From the NCBI GenBank assembly GCA_963422395.1, contig OY729431.1, forward strand, positions 1,632,001 to 1,696,000: DNA of 64,000 bases, in the 5' to 3' direction. Origin of the DNA: Vicinamibacteria bacterium. Its GTDB lineage: Bacteria; Acidobacteriota; Vicinamibacteria; Marinacidobacterales; Marinacidobacteraceae. Of the stretch, positions 60,876-64,000 are shown piece after piece (position 1 is the first letter of the stretch; every line of letters begins with the position of its first letter). The notes under the pieces were generated by a model that worked only from the letters and a program-made list of their open reading frames with translations, made no database searches and was not told the origin of the DNA. The translations under genes were made by a program, and so were the position numbers.

Positions 60876-62581
60876 GGCGTTTTGCGAGCCCCGGCGTCGA
60901 GCGGCATCCTGCCGACCGGTCCGCGCCCCTCCTTCAGGACATGCACCCATGCCGCCGGCAGCGGCGCGAACCGCTCCTCCCTCCCCGAGGGCCAGCGAAC
61001 GGCGATCTCCCCGCTGTCCGTCCCCTCGCCGAGGCCGAACCAGAGCACCGGATCGTGCTGTGCGAGGTAGCTCGCCCCCGCGCGCCGCTCCTCCCGCTGT
61101 GGGAACCCCGCCCCCGCAACCGTCACCGAGGCGCCGATCCCGTCCCGATTCGAAGCCGTCCCGATCAGCGAGAAGCCGATGGCTCGGCCGGACTCGGCGC
61201 CTCCCCGGTTCTCCAGCAATTCCGCGGGGCCGCGGTTGTTCGCGAGCGCGAGATCGAGATCCCCGTCGCGGTCGTAGTCGAGCGTCGCGAGGCCTCGCCC
61301 CACCCGCGGGCGGGCGAAGTCGCCCTCGTTCTCCCGGCTCCGAACGAGCGTTCCGCGCTGGTTCCGGAAGACTTGCCCCGGCTGGGCGAAGCGGAGATTC
61401 GACTGGATCTCCTCGATGTTGTCCAGGATGTGGCCGTTCGTCACCACCAGGTCCAGCCAGCCGTCGTTGTCCAGATCGGCGAGGTCGCAGCCGAAACCGA
61501 GTTCGGTGAGGCTCTCGCTGCCGATTCCGAAAGCGGCGGTGGCGTCGAGGAAGAGGCCGCCGCCGAGATTTCGGTAGAGCGTGTTCGTCTCGAAGTCGAA
61601 GTTCGTGACGATCAGATCCATCCTTCCGTCGCGGTCCACATCTCCGAAATCGGTTCCCATCCCCGCTTCGGGCAGACCTTCTTCGTTGTAGGCGATTCCG
61701 GAAGCGAGACCGACTTCGACGAAACGAACGCCCGATCCGGCAGTCGGGCCGGCTTCGGCCCGGAAGAGGAAGTTGGGAGTCGTGTCGTTCGCCACCTGGA
61801 CATCCGGAGTTCCGTCTCCGCCGAGATCGCTCACCACCACGCCGAGGCCCTTTCCCGTCTCGGACCCGGGCACCGGGGCCGCGCGAAAGACGCCGTCTCC
61901 GAGGTTCTCGAAAAAGGAGTCCGCCGCGCCCGGATACTCCTGCGGGTGGCAGTAGGCGAGGAGCTCGCGGACCGGGCTCACGCAGTCTCGATGGGTCTCG
62001 ATGGCGTAGTCGAGATAGTTCGCCGCGTAGATGTCGAGATCGCCGTCATGGTCGGGATCGAAGAGCGCGGCGCTCGTCGTCCAGCGCCGATCGCTGGCGC
62101 CGCCCGCCCCCGGGACCTCTGCGAAGGTGCCGTCACCCAGATTGCGGAACAGCCGTTCCTCGCCGAAGTGGGTCAGGAGCAGGTCGGAGTCTCCGTCATG
62201 GTCGAGATCGCCGGCCACTCCGCCCATCCCGTAGCGGAGACGGTCCGCCGGGTCGAGCAGCCCGGCCTCGCGGGTGCGGTCGGTGAAGGCGCCGCCCCCT
62301 CGATTGTGGAACAGGCGGTTGCCGATCGTGGCGCCGCCCGGGTCCCCCGGCAGCGGGGCGCCGTTCACGAAGAAGAGATCCGGCAGCCCGTCGCCGTCGT
62401 AGTCGAACACCAGCACTCCAGCCCCGACGATCTCCACGACATAGCGCCGGCCGCTCCCGCCGTCTTCGTGGTGGAAGCGGATTCCGGCGTCGGCGGTGCG
62501 GTCCACGAACCGGAATTCCTCCGCCGCCGCGGGCTGCGGGGCGGCGAGCAACGAAAGCGAGAAGACGGTGCGCCGCATCAC
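60872..62581 (-). CDS. secreted FG-GAP repeat / ASPIC-UnbV (CRTAC1-like) protein
   Basis: Same architecture: DYDGDGLPD, DHDGDLD, SNRDGIGA, SYLAQ....FGLG, VRWPSG. Confidence 0.9.
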   Translation of the reverse strand: MMRRTVFSLSLLAAPQPAAAEEFRFVDRTADAGIRFHHEDGGSGRRYVVEIVGAGVLVFDYDGDGLPDLFFVNGAPLPGDPGGATIGNRLFHNRGGGAFTDRTREAGLLDPADRLRYGMGGVAGDLDHDGDSDLLLTHFGEERLFRNLGDGTFAEVPGAGGASDRRWTTSAALFDPDHDGDLDIYAANYLDYAIETHRDCVSPVRELLAYCHPQEYPGAADSFFENLGDGVFRAAPVPGSETGKGLGVVVSDLGGDGTPDVQVANDTTPNFLFRAEAGPTAGSGVRFVEVGLASGIAYNEEGLPEAGMGTDFGDVDRDGRMDLIVTNFDFETNTLYRNLGGGLFLDATAAFGIGSESLTELGFGCDLADLDNDGWLDLVVTNGHILDNIEEIQSNLRFAQPGQVFRNQRGTLVRSRENEGDFARPRVGRGLATLDYDRDGDLDLALANNRGPAELLENRGGAESGRAIGFSLIGTASNRDGIGASVTVAGAGFPQREERRAGASYLAQHDPVLWFGLGEGTDSGEIAVRWPSGREERFAPLPAAWVHVLKEGRGPVGRMPLDAGARKTP

Positions 62582-63684
62582 TGCTCGGGCCGTCGAGGTG
62601 TCGGGCGCGCGCGCGGCTGACCAGCCCTTCGTCCCCCTTCGGGGGCGTCCTCCCCGGCCACGGTGTGGAAACGGCGCCGCACTTCGGCAGCCTTCTCATC
62701 CTGGCCGAGCAGCGAGAGAGCGGCGGCGAGATTGTAGAGCGCCTGCCGATGGCGGGGTGCTTCCCGGAGCGCGTTCTCGAAAGAGGCGGCTGCGGCTTCG
62801 GGATCGCCCTCGCGCAGATCCAGCATCCCGAGCCCGACGAGCGCCGCCGGCCAGCCGGGGGCGCCCTGGATCGCGGCCTCGTACTCCCGCCTCGCCTCCT
62901 CGCTGCGGTCCAGTCGGGAGAGAGTGCGCCCGAGCGCGACCCGTACCTCGGGGTTTCCAGGATCCAGCCGCACCGCCTCGCGGAAAGCGGCCGCCGCCGG
63001 CAGAAGCCGGCCCAGAGCCGCCTCGGCGAGGCCGAGGTAGAAGTGCGGCAGCGGGTTCTCCGGCGCTGCGGCGCGCGCCTCCAGGAGCACGCTGCGGGCG
63101 GATTCCCCGTCGAGGCGGGAGTAGTGGGCGTAGCCGAGCTGGAGCAGGAGCGGCACCGCAAGAGAATCCGCATGGGAATTCGATGGCGGATGCCGGTCCA
63201 CCGCCTCCCGAAGCACCGATACCGCGTTCTCCGGATCCCCGCTGCGAAGGAGCGCCGTTCCGAGGGAAAGCGAAAGGGCCGGGTTTTCGGCCGGCGCGAG
63301 GGCTTCGGCGCGCCGGAGGGAATCCACCGCTTCGGCAGGCCGGCCGTCCCGCAAGAGCGCCACTCCCAGGTAGTAATGGGCACGGGAGTCCGGGAACGCC
63401 TCGACCAGCCGGCGGAACGAGCGGACTGCCGCAGCGGAGTTCCCGGCGTCGAGCCAGCGCTGCCCGGTGCGGAGCAGCTCCTCCGGGCTTTGCGCAGCAG
63501 CGATCGGCGCGGCGGGGGGGATCAGCCCAGCGGTCGGCGTCGCTCCGGCGGTCGGCACCGCCCCGGCAGCGAGTAGAAACGCCGGGAGGAGCAGCCCTGC
63601 CCCCGAGGAACCGCGGGAAGATCGGATTCGGGAGCGACAGCCTGCCGGCAGTCGCAGCGAGCGGATCCTCGAGCGAACTCTCAG
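62578..63684 (-). CDS. secreted tetratricopeptide repeat protein
   Basis: Repeated A...LG.......A...A....P units; start not resolved. Confidence 0.8.
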   Translation of the reverse strand: MRVRSRIRSLRLPAGCRSRIRSSRGSSGAGLLLPAFLLAAGAVPTAGATPTAGLIPPAAPIAAAQSPEELLRTGQRWLDAGNSAAAVRSFRRLVEAFPDSRAHYYLGVALLRDGRPAEAVDSLRRAEALAPAENPALSLSLGTALLRSGDPENAVSVLREAVDRHPPSNSHADSLAVPLLLQLGYAHYSRLDGESARSVLLEARAAAPENPLPHFYLGLAEAALGRLLPAAAAFREAVRLDPGNPEVRVALGRTLSRLDRSEEARREYEAAIQGAPGWPAALVGLGMLDLREGDPEAAAASFENALREAPRHRQALYNLAAALSLLGQDEKAAEVRRRFHTVAGEDAPEGGRRAGQPRARPTPRRPEQ

Positions 63685-64000
63685 GAACCCTCCCCGAAGA
63701 GTTCGGCCAGGAATTCCTCGTCGAGCCCCGAATGCCCCGTCCAGCGCAGCGCGGATTCCAGCTGGCCGCGGAAGAGCGGGTTTCTCGAGGCGGCCTCCTT
63801 CAGCGATGCGAGGGCTCGGCCGCGTTCGCCGAGCGAGTAGTGCAGCAGCCCGAGATGCAGCCAGGCGTCGGAAGCGTCGGGCCACAGCTCGGCAGCGCGT
63901 TCCGCTTCGGCGAGAGCCGCCGCGCTGTCCCCTGCGGCACTGCGCTCCCGGCTCCGAGCCATCGCTGCGATGGCCAGGTTGATGTGCAGCACCCGCCCGA
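63681..64000 (-). CDS. C-terminus of a TPR-containing protein (5' end outside window)
   Basis: HINLA, WPDASDAWLHLGLLHYSLGE..RA. Confidence 0.7.
   Translation of the reverse strand, partial: GRVLHINLAIAAMARSRERSAAGDSAAALAEAERAAELWPDASDAWLHLGLLHYSLGERGRALASLKEAASRNPLFRGQLESALRWTGHSGLDEEFLAELFGEGS

Overview
High-GC, gene-dense bacterial chromosomal segment. Gene content and style (FolD insert, tandem TPR + FG-GAP/ASPIC-UnbV genes, NHL and HupE/UreJ proteins) suggest Acidobacteriota, possibly a host-associated lineage; this is inference only. The window holds the C-terminus of a probable defence helicase, a form I aerobic CO dehydrogenase cluster (coxMSL + XdhC-YHS), pyrG-kdsC, a pilMNOPQ-accBC-thiE-folD-coaE run, leuA-ORFan-leuCD-tag, peptidoglycan-recycling enzymes (NamZ, NagZ fused to a beta-lactamase-fold domain), an atypical three-gene AddAB-like locus, several hydrolases, fabI, ligA with a duplicated HhH domain, lysA, a lipoprotein triple-RidA, modABC, an orphan DNA methyltransferase and TPR/ASPIC-UnbV genes. 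No rRNA, tRNA, CRISPR array or transposase was seen. The most striking non-coding signal is a dispersed 160-200 bp MITE-like repeat family (ends TAGCAG(C/T)C(T/C)GTGGATGAAG / TCCACAGGCTGCTAG) with six copies or fragments in five intergenic regions. Its ends appear to supply promoters and possibly an N-terminal peptide to neighbouring genes. All calls come from motif reading by eye; no database search was run and many start codons are approximate.
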